64,000 nt of DNA from an uncultured Gemmatimonadales bacterium (lineage in GTDB: Bacteria; Gemmatimonadota; Gemmatimonadetes; Gemmatimonadales; Gemmatimonadaceae). The notes beneath the pieces were generated by a model. The model worked only from the letters and a program-made list of their open reading frames with translations, was not told where the DNA came from and ran no database searches. Made by a program: the position numbers and the translations under genes. The stretch is taken from positions 448,001 through 512,000 of the forward strand of contig CAVPQB010000003.1 of the NCBI GenBank assembly GCA_963707505.1. The letters run 5' to 3'. Shown piece by piece: positions 43,187 to 53,400 of the stretch. How positions within the stretch are numbered: position 1 is the first letter of the stretch; every line of letters begins with the position of its first letter.

Positions 43187-43720
43187 TCATTGTACGGCCG
43201 GGCCCTGGCCGGGATCCTTCGACCCGCTATTCGAGTCTACGATTCCGGTTGCGTGGAGCACGCCGATAACTGCGATTAATGCCGCAACAATCCCAAACGC
43301 CGCGACAGTTGTTTTTGATTGTGAAAACTGCTTCGTAGCTACGCTGGTAATTGCGTTGCGTGGAATGCCCACCGTACCGCCCGGGAATCCCGTTGCACTC
43401 CCGTTCAGGAAGTCCACGTGATTTACGCTCACGCGGAGCACGCTATCCGTGACTGCGACGACATTGCCCTCGAGCTTGGCTACGTCATCACCGAGGTCGT
43501 TCGTCAATGCAACGCGACCAACGTTGTTCACGACTACTTCAACATCCTGACCAGCCGCGAGATCCGACGGCGCCTTCAAGTTGTACGTGTAACACGCCGT
43601 CGTGGAAATCAGGGCAGTGATACCCAGGGACGCAGTAGCAGCCGTGAGGCTGCGTGGCGCTTGACGCGCCACGCAGCTCACGGTACGGAGCAGAGCTCTT
43701 GCGATGCTTGAGCGATTCAC
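43187..43720 (-). CDS. Hypothetical lipoprotein-like protein with C-terminal hydrophobic helix
   Basis: Hydrophobic leader ending TTAC, small beta domain, hydrophobic VAAFGIVAALIAVIGVL; co-oriented within the susCD operon. Confidence 0.7.
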   Translation of the reverse strand: MNRSSIARALLRTVSCVARQAPRSLTAATASLGITALISTTACYTYNLKAPSDLAAGQDVEVVVNNVGRVALTNDLGDDVAKLEGNVVAVTDSVLRVSVNHVDFLNGSATGFPGGTVGIPRNAITSVATKQFSQSKTTVAAFGIVAALIAVIGVLHATGIVDSNSGSKDPGQGPAVQ

Positions 43721-43729
43721 GTAGCGCCG

Positions 43730-45466
43730 CTAGTAGCCGTACGATCCGAGCGCGGCAGCATCCTTGCCGCCCGGACCACCAGTGGTCCATGAGTGCGCAC
43801 TACGAACGTCCGTCTCCTGGAAAGGAACCGGGAAATCAAGAGCGGTATACTGCGCGAGATCGCCCCAGCCGCGACTATCGAAGAACCAGGCGCCAAGGTA
43901 GGTGTAAGCCGTTTCCATGCGCTTCTCCCACTTCATCGCTTCCATGATGTTTCCGCACGTTGCGTGAGCGAAATCCGGTCCGGTTGGGACACGGGGGACA
44001 CACGAGTTTGCGGCGGTACCGGTCGCGATCGGCTGTGTTGCGCTAGTAATGCCGGTAAGCGGCGGCAAGTTGCCGTTCGCTACACGGGTGACATTGATCT
44101 TCGCCATGGCGTTTGCAAAGTCGCCGGTTCGGATATATCCCTCTGCTGCCAACAGGTCCAGTTCCGCTCGCGTCATTATTGGATACGGACCTGTGCGCCC
44201 ACCGTCGTTCCAGAGCTGGAAGCGGTAGAAGTCATACTGTGACAGGTTCCAGGCATCACCCGACGGATCGCTCGCGCGACGATTGCGGAAGTAGAGATTT
44301 GAGCGTGGCGGCTGCTGCGCAGTCCCCGCGCCTGAATTCGCCTGCTGCGTCGCACGATCGTCGCCGGCGGGGAACCGCTGGTCGGCTGTGCGGATGATAA
44401 ACGCATATCGGCTTCCGAGCGACGTCGCGATCCACGCGTCGTAGCAGTTACCGGCGTTCGGGTTGCCCTGACTCGCGGCGGTGCACCCCGCCCGGACGCT
44501 ATCAGCCATGCCGATGATCATCGGGCTCTGCTGAGCCCACGTGTCGAACAGATAGTGTTGTTCGTCGCCGACACGCCACGGTGAGGTGGAAGTCATCGTT
44601 ACGTTGAGATCCTTCGGAAGAGCAGCGTTCGCGTCTGCTATGACCTTGCTCCAGTCGACTGCGGCGCGATCCGCTGGTGTGCGCGCTACTTCTGCCCGGA
44701 AGCGTGCCTTGTAGCCACGAACCATCTGGATGAATTGCGCGGCGGTGAGTGGGTTGCCGTTAATCCACGTACCGGGCAGAGTGAATCCAGCACCGCCGCC
44801 GGCACCGTTTGGTGCGCTGCCCAGCGCGATAGCACGCGTGGCCGCTGCGATCGCCGAGTCCATCTGCGAAAGGATAACTGGCATTGCATCGATTCCGCCG
44901 ACGAACTTGGTCGGAGGCTTGCCGATGGTGTCGTTTTCAGTCACGATCGACAGCGAATCGTATGCAATGGCGACCGTCGCATTGCCGAATGCCATCGCAA
45001 AGTACGCGAAGGCACGAGCGCGAAGATCCTGCTGAGCACTACCAAGTGTAAAGCCGGACGAATTCAGCTGAACCAGGCCGTTAGCCGCGGTACGCGCGGC
45101 GCGCTGGCTTCCCTGGTAATTGTATGCGTTGTTACCGTTGTACGTATCGCCGCTGTTGTTGGCGATAGGCGAGCGCGGGATACTTCCGCGCGGACCCAGA
45201 GCATCATTGGCAAGAGACGATGAATTCTCGAATGCCATCGTCAGCAATGCCGGCTCGATGTGTCCAGCTATGCCTGAGCCCCCGGTCGCGCCCTGCGCCG
45301 AGTTGTAGGCCGAGCCGAAGGAGTTTCCAATGACAGTTTCCACGTCGCCGGGACGCGCAAGCACGCGCGCGACGTCGGGATTATTCAAGTTAGGTGCGGT
45401 CACCTGGTCGCCGGCGCATGCGCCGAGGCCAGTCACCGCGACAGCGATATAAAACAGCTTTCGCAT
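43730..45466 (-). CDS. SusD/RagB-family nutrient-binding lipoprotein
   Basis: Lipobox LGAC, directly after susC; RAELDLLAAEG...INVTR, KWEKRMET...WFFDSRGWG, FPVPFQE. Confidence 0.88.
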   Translation of the reverse strand: MRKLFYIAVAVTGLGACAGDQVTAPNLNNPDVARVLARPGDVETVIGNSFGSAYNSAQGATGGSGIAGHIEPALLTMAFENSSSLANDALGPRGSIPRSPIANNSGDTYNGNNAYNYQGSQRAARTAANGLVQLNSSGFTLGSAQQDLRARAFAYFAMAFGNATVAIAYDSLSIVTENDTIGKPPTKFVGGIDAMPVILSQMDSAIAAATRAIALGSAPNGAGGGAGFTLPGTWINGNPLTAAQFIQMVRGYKARFRAEVARTPADRAAVDWSKVIADANAALPKDLNVTMTSTSPWRVGDEQHYLFDTWAQQSPMIIGMADSVRAGCTAASQGNPNAGNCYDAWIATSLGSRYAFIIRTADQRFPAGDDRATQQANSGAGTAQQPPRSNLYFRNRRASDPSGDAWNLSQYDFYRFQLWNDGGRTGPYPIMTRAELDLLAAEGYIRTGDFANAMAKINVTRVANGNLPPLTGITSATQPIATGTAANSCVPRVPTGPDFAHATCGNIMEAMKWEKRMETAYTYLGAWFFDSRGWGDLAQYTALDFPVPFQETDVRSAHSWTTGGPGGKDAAALGSYGY

Positions 45467-45482
45467 TCTCTCCTCATGGGTA

Positions 45483-45508
45483 CCCTGACGGGCGTGAGCC
45501 CGTCAGGG
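45483..45508. other. Intercistronic RNA hairpin between susC and susD
   Basis: CCCTGACGGGC-GTGA-GCCCGTCAGGG, 11-bp stem with no U-tract. Confidence 0.7.
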
Positions 45509-45518
45509 ATTCGCGGTT

Positions 45519-48500
45519 TTAGAAGTTCGTGGACAGTGACAACGTGAACGTCCGCAGGTTCGGGAACTGGTAGGCATCGACGGCGTTGAGCACCGCTGAT
45601 CCTGGCGAGTTCGCGCTGGCGCCGCCGGTGCCTGATACAGCACCGAAGCCCACTTCTGGATCGAAGCCTGTGTACTTGGTCCACGTCTTGAGGTTGCGAC
45701 CGGTACCGGAAATCGACCAGTCGCCGCCCAACCGGCCAAATGCACCGATGTGGAATGCGACTGTTGCTTCACGAAGCTTCACAAAGCTTGCATCTTCAGT
45801 CACTGCGCTATTCGGCCCGAGGATATCGTAAAGTCCTCCGGTGCCCGATCCGTTGTCAGGAAGCGCAGCGCGGTAGTAGTAGCCGAGTGGCTTTGCAGTG
45901 GACACATCCTTACCCGTCTGTTGATCGTCGACAGACAGGAAGTCCAGGAAGCCCCATCCGCGGCCCTGGTTGTAGACGCTGCGTCCCTTGGATGCATCGA
46001 ACAGCACCGATGCACTCAGACGCTTGTAACTCGCGTTCTGGCCAATGCTCCACCGATATGTCGGAAGCGCATGACCGAGGGCTACGATCTTCGCGGCGCC
46101 TGTGGAGTCACGCTCGACCATCGGCATGCCCCAGTTGATTACCTGCGCCGTGTTGAAGTGAGTCGCATCGCCGCCCGAAGCCGCAGAGAAGTACTGGCTA
46201 TTCAGCGGGAGACGCGCCTGCCACAGATTCTTCGTTACGCCGTCCGCGGGCGTATTTCCAGCGCCCGTCCAGACGACGTAGCCATCGCTATTTCTCTGGA
46301 AGTCCTTACCGGCGCCGCACGACCCCTGTGCGGCCGTCGGAAGCTCGCCGCAGCTGGTGATGAACTTACGTCCATAGAACGTGCCGTACTCCTCGCCCTG
46401 ACGGACGAAGAAGAGGGCGTTTGTTCCCTGCGCCGACGCACCTGCGGTAAACGCAGGAACATTGAGCTTGGTGATCTTGGACTTCGCACGGTCGTAGCTC
46501 AAACGCGTCGAAGTAGTGAAGTCCGTGTTATTGACCCACGGAATGTTGACGGACGCTTCAAACGACCTGCCGGCGAGCGTACCTGCGTTCTGGTACTGCT
46601 GTGAATAGCCGTAGTATGAAGCCACCGGAACTACGAGGATCTGGTCGCGAGAATCGGTTCTCGAAGACGTGACGCTGAAGCCGATTCGATGGAACAATTC
46701 GGCATCGATGCCGAGTTCCGTTTCAACAACCGTTTCTGGACGCAGGTTGCGGTTACCGAGTGTCACGGGGTTACCCACCGTTCCCGAGCCGATGGAGTAC
46801 GTCTCGTACTGTGATACGAACGCTGGACGGTTTCCTGCTGAGCCGACTGAAGCGCGCAGTTTGAACTCATCGAGCGCTGGAATGAACCACCACGGCTCCT
46901 GAGCAACACGCCACGCCAACGATCCGCGGCCGAATGTCGACCAGCGATGGCCGGCGCCGAACAGCGAGCTCGCATCTCGGCGAACGAGCGCACCAACGAT
47001 GTAACGGTCCTTCCAGTCCACATCCTCGCTGAGGTAGTAGCCGAGGCCGCGAACCGTCGTGAGAGTTGAGCCGACGGTCTGCGACGGCGTGCCAGACGGG
47101 GTCGAGCCGATATTAGCCGCGTTTGGAAGACCGACGACAGCCAGCCAATTTCCAGACAAAACCTGATAGTTGTAATCGGTTCGGTCAAAGAGATAGCGCA
47201 AGCTGGTGCGCGTATTGAGATCGGTCAGGAAGGTATGTGTCGCGATCGCGTCAGCGCTTGCATTGTACTGCTGCTGCGCTTCTGCGCGACGAGCGAGGAA
47301 GCCCGAATTGGACGTACCGGCCGGGCCGGTAGTCGTACGATAGCCCTTGTCCTGGAAGGAAATGGCCGTAGCTGCCGTTCCGTCGTAGCTGAAGTTGAAA
47401 TTCATCGCCAACCACGTGAGCGGACGCCACTGTGCCGTGCTTCCGCCAGTAAACCGGTTGGTTGCGGTAGTCTGGGCGTAATTCTGAAGCTCGTAAAGCG
47501 GATTGAAATTCTGCGATCCACCGCCCTGCAGATTAGGCCGGATGTAGAGGCGACCGAACTGATCGACCGCGTCCAGATTGACGATCGGTGGCGTGCGGGT
47601 AAGCCGGAAGAACGCTGCGCCGCCATCTTCTTCCTGATAGCCGTCCTTCGTGTCGTGCGCGAAGGCGCTCGTGACATCGAAGTTCCAGTTATCGGTTGTA
47701 CGGCCGGCGTTGAGGCGTGCCGTTGCGCGCTGGAATCCGTTCAGATACTTGATCGCACCACGCTGCTGCGTGTAGTTACCGCTTGCGAACATCGTATTCG
47801 GTCCGCTCTTGCCACGGATTTCGACGTTCTGCTGAACGTACGGCTTGGGCTCGACGAACTGACCGACTGCGTCGTAGTTCGTGCCCGGCCATTTATCGAT
47901 CTGGAACGTGTTCTTCAGCGCGGACCCCGTCACCGTCGAACCCGGATCAACCGGGAACGTGGGTGGCGTCTGCGCGAAGACGTCGGGATAGCTGTTGATG
48001 AAATTCGCAACACTCGCATAGTCGATCGAGCGAGCGCAGCTGTTGGACGCGAACGTTCCGGTTGCAGGTGCTGCGTACGCGCCAGATACGTTGATGCAGA
48101 AGCGCGTAGCGGTCGGATCCATGCGCATTGCAGTGGTCTGCGCGATCGGCAGCTTGCGCTCGATGTCGCTGGTACCGTAATCGGTACGGAACGCAGTGTG
48201 GAAGCCGTCGGCTCCCGCCTTGCCCGTCTTGGTAGTGATGGAAATGACGCCGTTACCAGCGCGCGTGCCGTACAGCGATGCCGCTGCGGCGCCCTTGATG
48301 ACTTCGATGTTATCGATGTCGTTGGGGTTGATGCCGCCGAGGCCGCCGCCGCCGGTGGCGGACATCTGGTCACCCAGAATGATTCCGTCGACTACGTACA
48401 AGGGCGCAGTTCCGCGTCCCTGGGTCGCGATGGAGGTCGGTGCACGAAGCAGGATAGCTGGCGGCGCACCAGGACGGCCAGAAGCCGACGTGATGTTGGC

Positions 48501-48992
48501 GCCTGGAACCTTGCCCTCGAGTGCGGCCAGAGGATCGGTGGCTGCCGTCTTGGTCAGGTCCGCAGCATCGACGCGCGTGATGTTGAACGCGAGCTTCTTC
48601 TGCTCGGTTCCCGCGGTGACACCTGCAACCACGACCTCACTCAACCGGTTGATGTCCTGCCTGAGCTTGAAGTCGATAGTCTGCGAAGTCGCAGTAGTGA
48701 TCTTGCTGGTCGGTGTAAAGCCGATCGCGCGGGCACGCACCGTAACACTGGTTGCTCCGCGAAGACGCGCGGGGGTAAGTGTCACCGTGTAGTGACCAGC
48801 TGCATCGGTCGCCACAGAGACGTTCAACTCGTTGATGTACACGTTCGCGTTCGCGAGCTTCTGGCCCTGCTCAGAAGTCACCGTTCCGCTTATAACAACC
48901 TGAGCCTGGGCTTTAGCAAAGCCACTTACGGCTAACATCGCGAAGGCTACCAACCCTTTTCGCAATATCGGCATCAAACCAGTGCGCCTCAT
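45519..48992 (-). CDS. SusC/RagA-family TonB-dependent transporter
   Basis: Signal peptide, N-terminal extension domain, LSEVVV TonB-box region, plug PLYVVDG...INPNDIDNIEVIKGAAAASLYGTRAGNGVISITTK, GNRNLRPE, YTGFDPE, terminal Phe. Confidence 0.96.
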   Translation of the reverse strand: MRRTGLMPILRKGLVAFAMLAVSGFAKAQAQVVISGTVTSEQGQKLANANVYINELNVSVATDAAGHYTVTLTPARLRGATSVTVRARAIGFTPTSKITTATSQTIDFKLRQDINRLSEVVVAGVTAGTEQKKLAFNITRVDAADLTKTAATDPLAALEGKVPGANITSASGRPGAPPAILLRAPTSIATQGRGTAPLYVVDGIILGDQMSATGGGGLGGINPNDIDNIEVIKGAAAASLYGTRAGNGVISITTKTGKAGADGFHTAFRTDYGTSDIERKLPIAQTTAMRMDPTATRFCINVSGAYAAPATGTFASNSCARSIDYASVANFINSYPDVFAQTPPTFPVDPGSTVTGSALKNTFQIDKWPGTNYDAVGQFVEPKPYVQQNVEIRGKSGPNTMFASGNYTQQRGAIKYLNGFQRATARLNAGRTTDNWNFDVTSAFAHDTKDGYQEEDGGAAFFRLTRTPPIVNLDAVDQFGRLYIRPNLQGGGSQNFNPLYELQNYAQTTATNRFTGGSTAQWRPLTWLAMNFNFSYDGTAATAISFQDKGYRTTTGPAGTSNSGFLARRAEAQQQYNASADAIATHTFLTDLNTRTSLRYLFDRTDYNYQVLSGNWLAVVGLPNAANIGSTPSGTPSQTVGSTLTTVRGLGYYLSEDVDWKDRYIVGALVRRDASSLFGAGHRWSTFGRGSLAWRVAQEPWWFIPALDEFKLRASVGSAGNRPAFVSQYETYSIGSGTVGNPVTLGNRNLRPETVVETELGIDAELFHRIGFSVTSSRTDSRDQILVVPVASYYGYSQQYQNAGTLAGRSFEASVNIPWVNNTDFTTSTRLSYDRAKSKITKLNVPAFTAGASAQGTNALFFVRQGEEYGTFYGRKFITSCGELPTAAQGSCGAGKDFQRNSDGYVVWTGAGNTPADGVTKNLWQARLPLNSQYFSAASGGDATHFNTAQVINWGMPMVERDSTGAAKIVALGHALPTYRWSIGQNASYKRLSASVLFDASKGRSVYNQGRGWGFLDFLSVDDQQTGKDVSTAKPLGYYYRAALPDNGSGTGGLYDILGPNSAVTEDASFVKLREATVAFHIGAFGRLGGDWSISGTGRNLKTWTKYTGFDPEVGFGAVSGTGGASANSPGSAVLNAVDAYQFPNLRTFTLSLSTNF

Positions 48993-49121
48993 TCCACTCT
49001 CCCTGCAGATGGGTTCCATGCGACACTCCATAGCCGCGCAACGACAGACCAGCGAGTCAACGGAAATCCTCCGGAAACGGGTTGCGGTTACAACAACGCG
49101 ACGGAACTACTGCCGGGCAAA

Positions 49122-49279
49122 GGAGTACCACTCCGTCTGACAGTGAGTGTCAACGGTACGCTTCACCCTGCCGGAAGGCTTATCCAGCCGTCCGGATCTT
49201 TTTGCGTGCTTATTGGTTCTTTATGCAGCCCCTACGTTACGGCATAAAGAGTGGGTGTCAATGTAAGGATTATTGACAC
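49122..49279 (-). promoter_or_regulatory. AT-rich susC control region: sigma70-like promoter and several inverted repeats
   Basis: Minus-strand TTGACA (49261-49256), 16 nt, TAACGT. Inverted repeats GTGTCAAT-N9-ATTGACAC, TCTTTATGC-N15-GCATAAAGA and TGACA-N5-TGTCA. Confidence 0.6.
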
Positions 49280-49324
49280 AATATTAAGAACACGCTAATT
49301 ATTTGGGGACTTTATGGCCGGTAT

Positions 49325-50431
49325 CTACCGGGCGGCCGCTCTCACTGCCGCGAATGGATCCTTTGGATTGCGCTTCGCCACGACGATTATCTGGCGAATC
49401 GTCAACCTCAAATCGTAGTGGTTTCGGGCCCACAACAAGTCGAACATGTCGAGCCCGCTGCCGTAGATCCGGCGCGCCAGAAGCGCCGCGTTGTCGAGCT
49501 TCACGCGCTGCGCGTACAGGGGAGAAATCGTGCTGAGTCGCGGGGCGATGCTGTCCACCAGAACTCTACGGGCTGAACCGTAAATCTCCTCTCGCGCGGA
49601 GAGCCGCGCGGCCCTGTCATTCGGGTGCGCCCTGAACGCTGAATCCAGCGTATGGCTCAAGCCGCTCCAGAACGCGCCCAACAACTTGTCGTCCGCCCAC
49701 CGGGCATCCACGCGGGCAGCAGATGCAGAGTCCCCGCGCGATCTGAACAGGGCGGCGGCGCCTCGCGCCCCCACAAAACTCGCGAACGACTCGTTGAACG
49801 GCACCGAGCCGGGGGCGTAATAGGTGTTGTGCGTCACCTCGTGGATCACGGTATTGGCCAGCTCCAGCGAATCGGCGCTCAGAGTCGTGTTGAGCAACGG
49901 GTCGTTGAAAAAGCCGAGCGTACTGAAGGCTGATGACGGCCTGAGATAGACGTCGAAGCCCTGGGACGCCAGATCCGCCGCCGCGCGGCGAGCGGCACCA
50001 AAATCAAAAAATCCCTTGTAGGGCACGCGCCCCACGACCGGGAACCACCACGTATAGGGTACCAGCCGGTCGCGGTAGGCCGCCGAGAGCACGAGGACCA
50101 GGGTATCGTGCTCGACGTGGGAGTAGGTGGTGAAGCTCTCGCCGGTGTTGAGCCCCAGGGAATCGTGCGCGTACTTCCGAGCCGCCTCCACGATCGTGAG
50201 CTTGGCCTTCACCGCGGCCGGGGTGCGTGGATCGGCGATCATTGCCGCTATGGGCCGCCGACGGCTCAGGATCCGGGCCTCCTCCCAGGCACCGCGACTG
50301 AGATAACAGGCCGTGGGCCCGACGACGATCAGGGCCGCTCCCACGATCACAATTACGACCGGAAGCAAGGCCTTGCGCAGCACTCTTTTGAGCGATGGAG
50401 AACTCGTCCCCGGTGCCCCTTCTAGGCGCAT
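49325..50431 (-). CDS. Putative exported zinc aminopeptidase (HExxH gluzincin)
   Basis: N-terminal hydrophobic segment; WWFPVVGRVPYKGFF, AFSTLGFFNDP, IHEVTH...FNESFA. Confidence 0.85.
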   Translation of the reverse strand: MRLEGAPGTSSPSLKRVLRKALLPVVIVIVGAALIVVGPTACYLSRGAWEEARILSRRRPIAAMIADPRTPAAVKAKLTIVEAARKYAHDSLGLNTGESFTTYSHVEHDTLVLVLSAAYRDRLVPYTWWFPVVGRVPYKGFFDFGAARRAAADLASQGFDVYLRPSSAFSTLGFFNDPLLNTTLSADSLELANTVIHEVTHNTYYAPGSVPFNESFASFVGARGAAALFRSRGDSASAARVDARWADDKLLGAFWSGLSHTLDSAFRAHPNDRAARLSAREEIYGSARRVLVDSIAPRLSTISPLYAQRVKLDNAALLARRIYGSGLDMFDLLWARNHYDLRLTIRQIIVVAKRNPKDPFAAVRAAAR

Positions 50432-50454
50432 GGACGGGTGCCTATCCTTAACGA

Positions 50455-53400
50455 GTGTCCTTCGTTCATCTCCACTGTCACTCAGAATATTCCCTGCTCG
50501 ATGGCGCGAATCGCATCGAGGACCTTATCGCCCGTGCGCTCGAATTCGAGCAGCCGGCGCTGGCCATAACCGACCACGGGAACATGCATGCCGCCTGGGA
50601 ATTCCAGGAGCGGGCCAAGAAGGCGGGCATCAAGCCCATACTCGGCATGGAGGCGTACGTAGCGCCCGGCGACCGGCGGTCGAGACAACGCATTGAAAGT
50701 ACACGGGGCGGAACCTCCAAATCCCGGGCGTATTACCATCTGATATTGCTGGCCCAGAATGCGACCGGGTACAAGAATCTAGTCAAGCTGTCGTCGCTGG
50801 GTTACACGGAGGGCTTCTACTCCAAGCCGCGTGTGGACCGGGAGCTGCTGGCGCGTTACAGCGAGGGGATCGTAGTCTCGTCGGCGTGCATGGCGGGCGA
50901 GGTTGCGACGCATCTGCTGGCAGAGAACTGGGACGCGGCACGCGAGACGGCTGCATGGTACGCGGAGCTGTTCAAGGACCGGTACTACCTGGAAGTACAG
51001 GCGCACGACAGCGGCGACCAGGCTCTGCTCAACGAGCGCGTGTTCAAGCTCGCGGGCGAGCTGGGGCTGCCGGTGGTTGCGACCAACGACGCGCACTTTC
51101 TGCGGCACGATGATCACGCGTCGCACGATGTGCTGCTCTGCATCGGACTGGGCAAGAACGTGTCGGATGCGAACCGCATGCACTACGACGACGGGCTCTA
51201 TTTCAAGAGCGCGGACGAGATGCGCGAGCGCTTTCCGACGCAGGGGGAAGTACTCGAGAATACGCTGCGCATTGCGGAAGAATCCGGCATCGAGTTCAAG
51301 AAGAAGTACCACGTGCCGTCGTTTCCGCTTCCAAAAGGAGTAAAGAGCGAGAACGATCTGCTCGTCAAGCTCACTGAACAGGGTGCACACGAACGATACG
51401 GTGACGTTCTCTCGCCCGAAGTCGAAACGCGCATGCGTTATGAGCTCGATGTCATAACGAAGACGGGCTACGCGGGCTACTTCCTGATCGTGTACGACTT
51501 CATCAAGGCCGCGCGCGACATGGGGATTCCGGTTGGTCCGGGGCGCGGCTCTGCGGCGGGATCACTCGTCGCGTACGCGCTCAGGATCACCAACGTCTGC
51601 CCACTCAAGTTCGACCTGCTGTTCGAGCGCTTTCTGAACCCGGAGCGCGTGTCGATGCCTGACATCGACGTCGACTTCTGCTTCGAGCGGCGTGGCGAGG
51701 TGATCGACTATGTGCGGCAGAAGTACGGACGCGATTCGGTGGGCCAGATCATCACGTTCGGTACGCTCAAGTCACGTGCAGCTGTAAAGGACGTGGGGCG
51801 CGTCCTGGGCTTCACACCGGGCGAGACTGACGCGCTCGCGAAGCTGATTCCGAATCTTCCAACTTACTCGCTGACGGTACGCGAGGCTGTCGAGAAGATT
51901 CCTGAAGTGAAGACGCTGTACACGACGGATGAGCGATACAGTGAGCTGCTCGACTACGCGATCGCGCTCGAAGGCCTGTCACGACACGCTGGGGTGCACG
52001 CCGCGGGAGTCGTGATCGCGCCGGGTCCGCTGGACAACTACGTGCCCGTTTGCACGCAATCATCAAAGGGCGCTGGAAGCCAGGGCGACGAGAGCATCGT
52101 CGTCACACAGTACGACATGAACGGGCTCGAGAAGGCTGGAATGCTCAAGATGGACTTCCTCGGCCTCACGACGCTCACGATCATCACCGACGCCGTGGCG
52201 AACGTGCGCGCGCGGGGCCGGGAGATCCGGACCTGGACGACATTCCGCTCGACGACAAGGAGACGTATCACATGCTCCGGCTCGGCAAGACGGCCGGAGT
52301 GTTTCAGTTCGAGTCTCCGCTCGCTACCGACTTGTGCGTTCACTGAGGTGCGATCGTTTCAACGATCTCGTCGCATCGAATGCGCTGATGCGCCCGGGCC
52401 GCTGGACGCGGGAATGCACAAGGTTTACATCCGTCGCAAGCGCGGCGAGGAGCCGATCACCTACGCGCTTCCTGAGCTCGAGGAGTTCCTGAACGACACG
52501 TACGGCGTGATCACGTATCAGGAGCAGGTCATGCGTATCTCGCAGAAGCTCGCGGGAATCTCGCTGGCCGAAGCTGATGTGTTGCGCAAGGCGGTGGGCA
52601 AGAAGGATGCAGAGCTCATTCGGAAGGAGCTGGGCAAGTTCATCGAGAAGGCGGTTGCGCTGGGGCATGATCGCAAGATCATCAATGAAATTGCAGCGCA
52701 GATCGAGACGTTCGGGCGCTACGGATTCAACAAGTCACACGCTGTGGCGTACTCGATCATCTCGTACCAGACGGCGTGGCTCAAGACACACTTCCCAGCG
52801 GAGTTCATGGCGGCGTTGTTGTCGTCGCAGATCGGCGACACGGACAGCGTCGTCAAGTACATCAACGAAGCGCGCGAGATCGGGCTCGAGGTGCTTCCGC
52901 CGGATGTGAACGAGTCGAACTACAAGTTCACGGTGATCGCCGACAAGAAGATACGCTTCGGGCTTGGCGCGATTCGCAACGTCGGCAAGAGCGCGATCGA
53001 ATCGATTCTCGAGGCACGCAAGGCCGGTCCGTTCACGTCGCTGTTCGATCTGTGCAACCGCGTCGATCTGCGCATGTGCAACAAGCGCGTGCTCGAGGCG
53101 ATGATTCACGCAGGCGCGCTCGACTCGCTCGGCGGCCATCGCTCGCAGCTCGTGGCGGCACTCGATACTGCCATTCGTGAAGCGTCGCTGGCGCAGGAAG
53201 ACGTCGCGAGTGGTCAGGTGTCGATGTTCGGTGAGGCGCTTGGCTCGACCTCCAAACCGGCGCACCAGACGACGCTGCCGAACGTGGCTCCGTGGCCGGA
53301 GAGCGAGCGCCTTGCAAACGAGAAGGCGATACTCGGCTTCTACACATCGGGACATCCGCTGGAGCCGTTTCGCGCGGAGTGCGAGCTGTTCTCCACACAC

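Noticed and set aside
47235..48935. Long antisense or alternate-frame ORFs (e.g. 47235-48935 +, 7579-8982 -, 26623-27774 +, 40157-41263 -)
   Set aside because: They lie opposite well-supported genes, have no motifs, and are expected shadows in GC-rich DNA.
52230..52400. Aberrant segment in DnaE suggesting an intein or recoding
   Set aside because: The canonical sequence (DLDDIPLDD...GVFQFES...DLVASNALMRPGP) is present in the other two frames, so these are compensating indels; no intein motifs.
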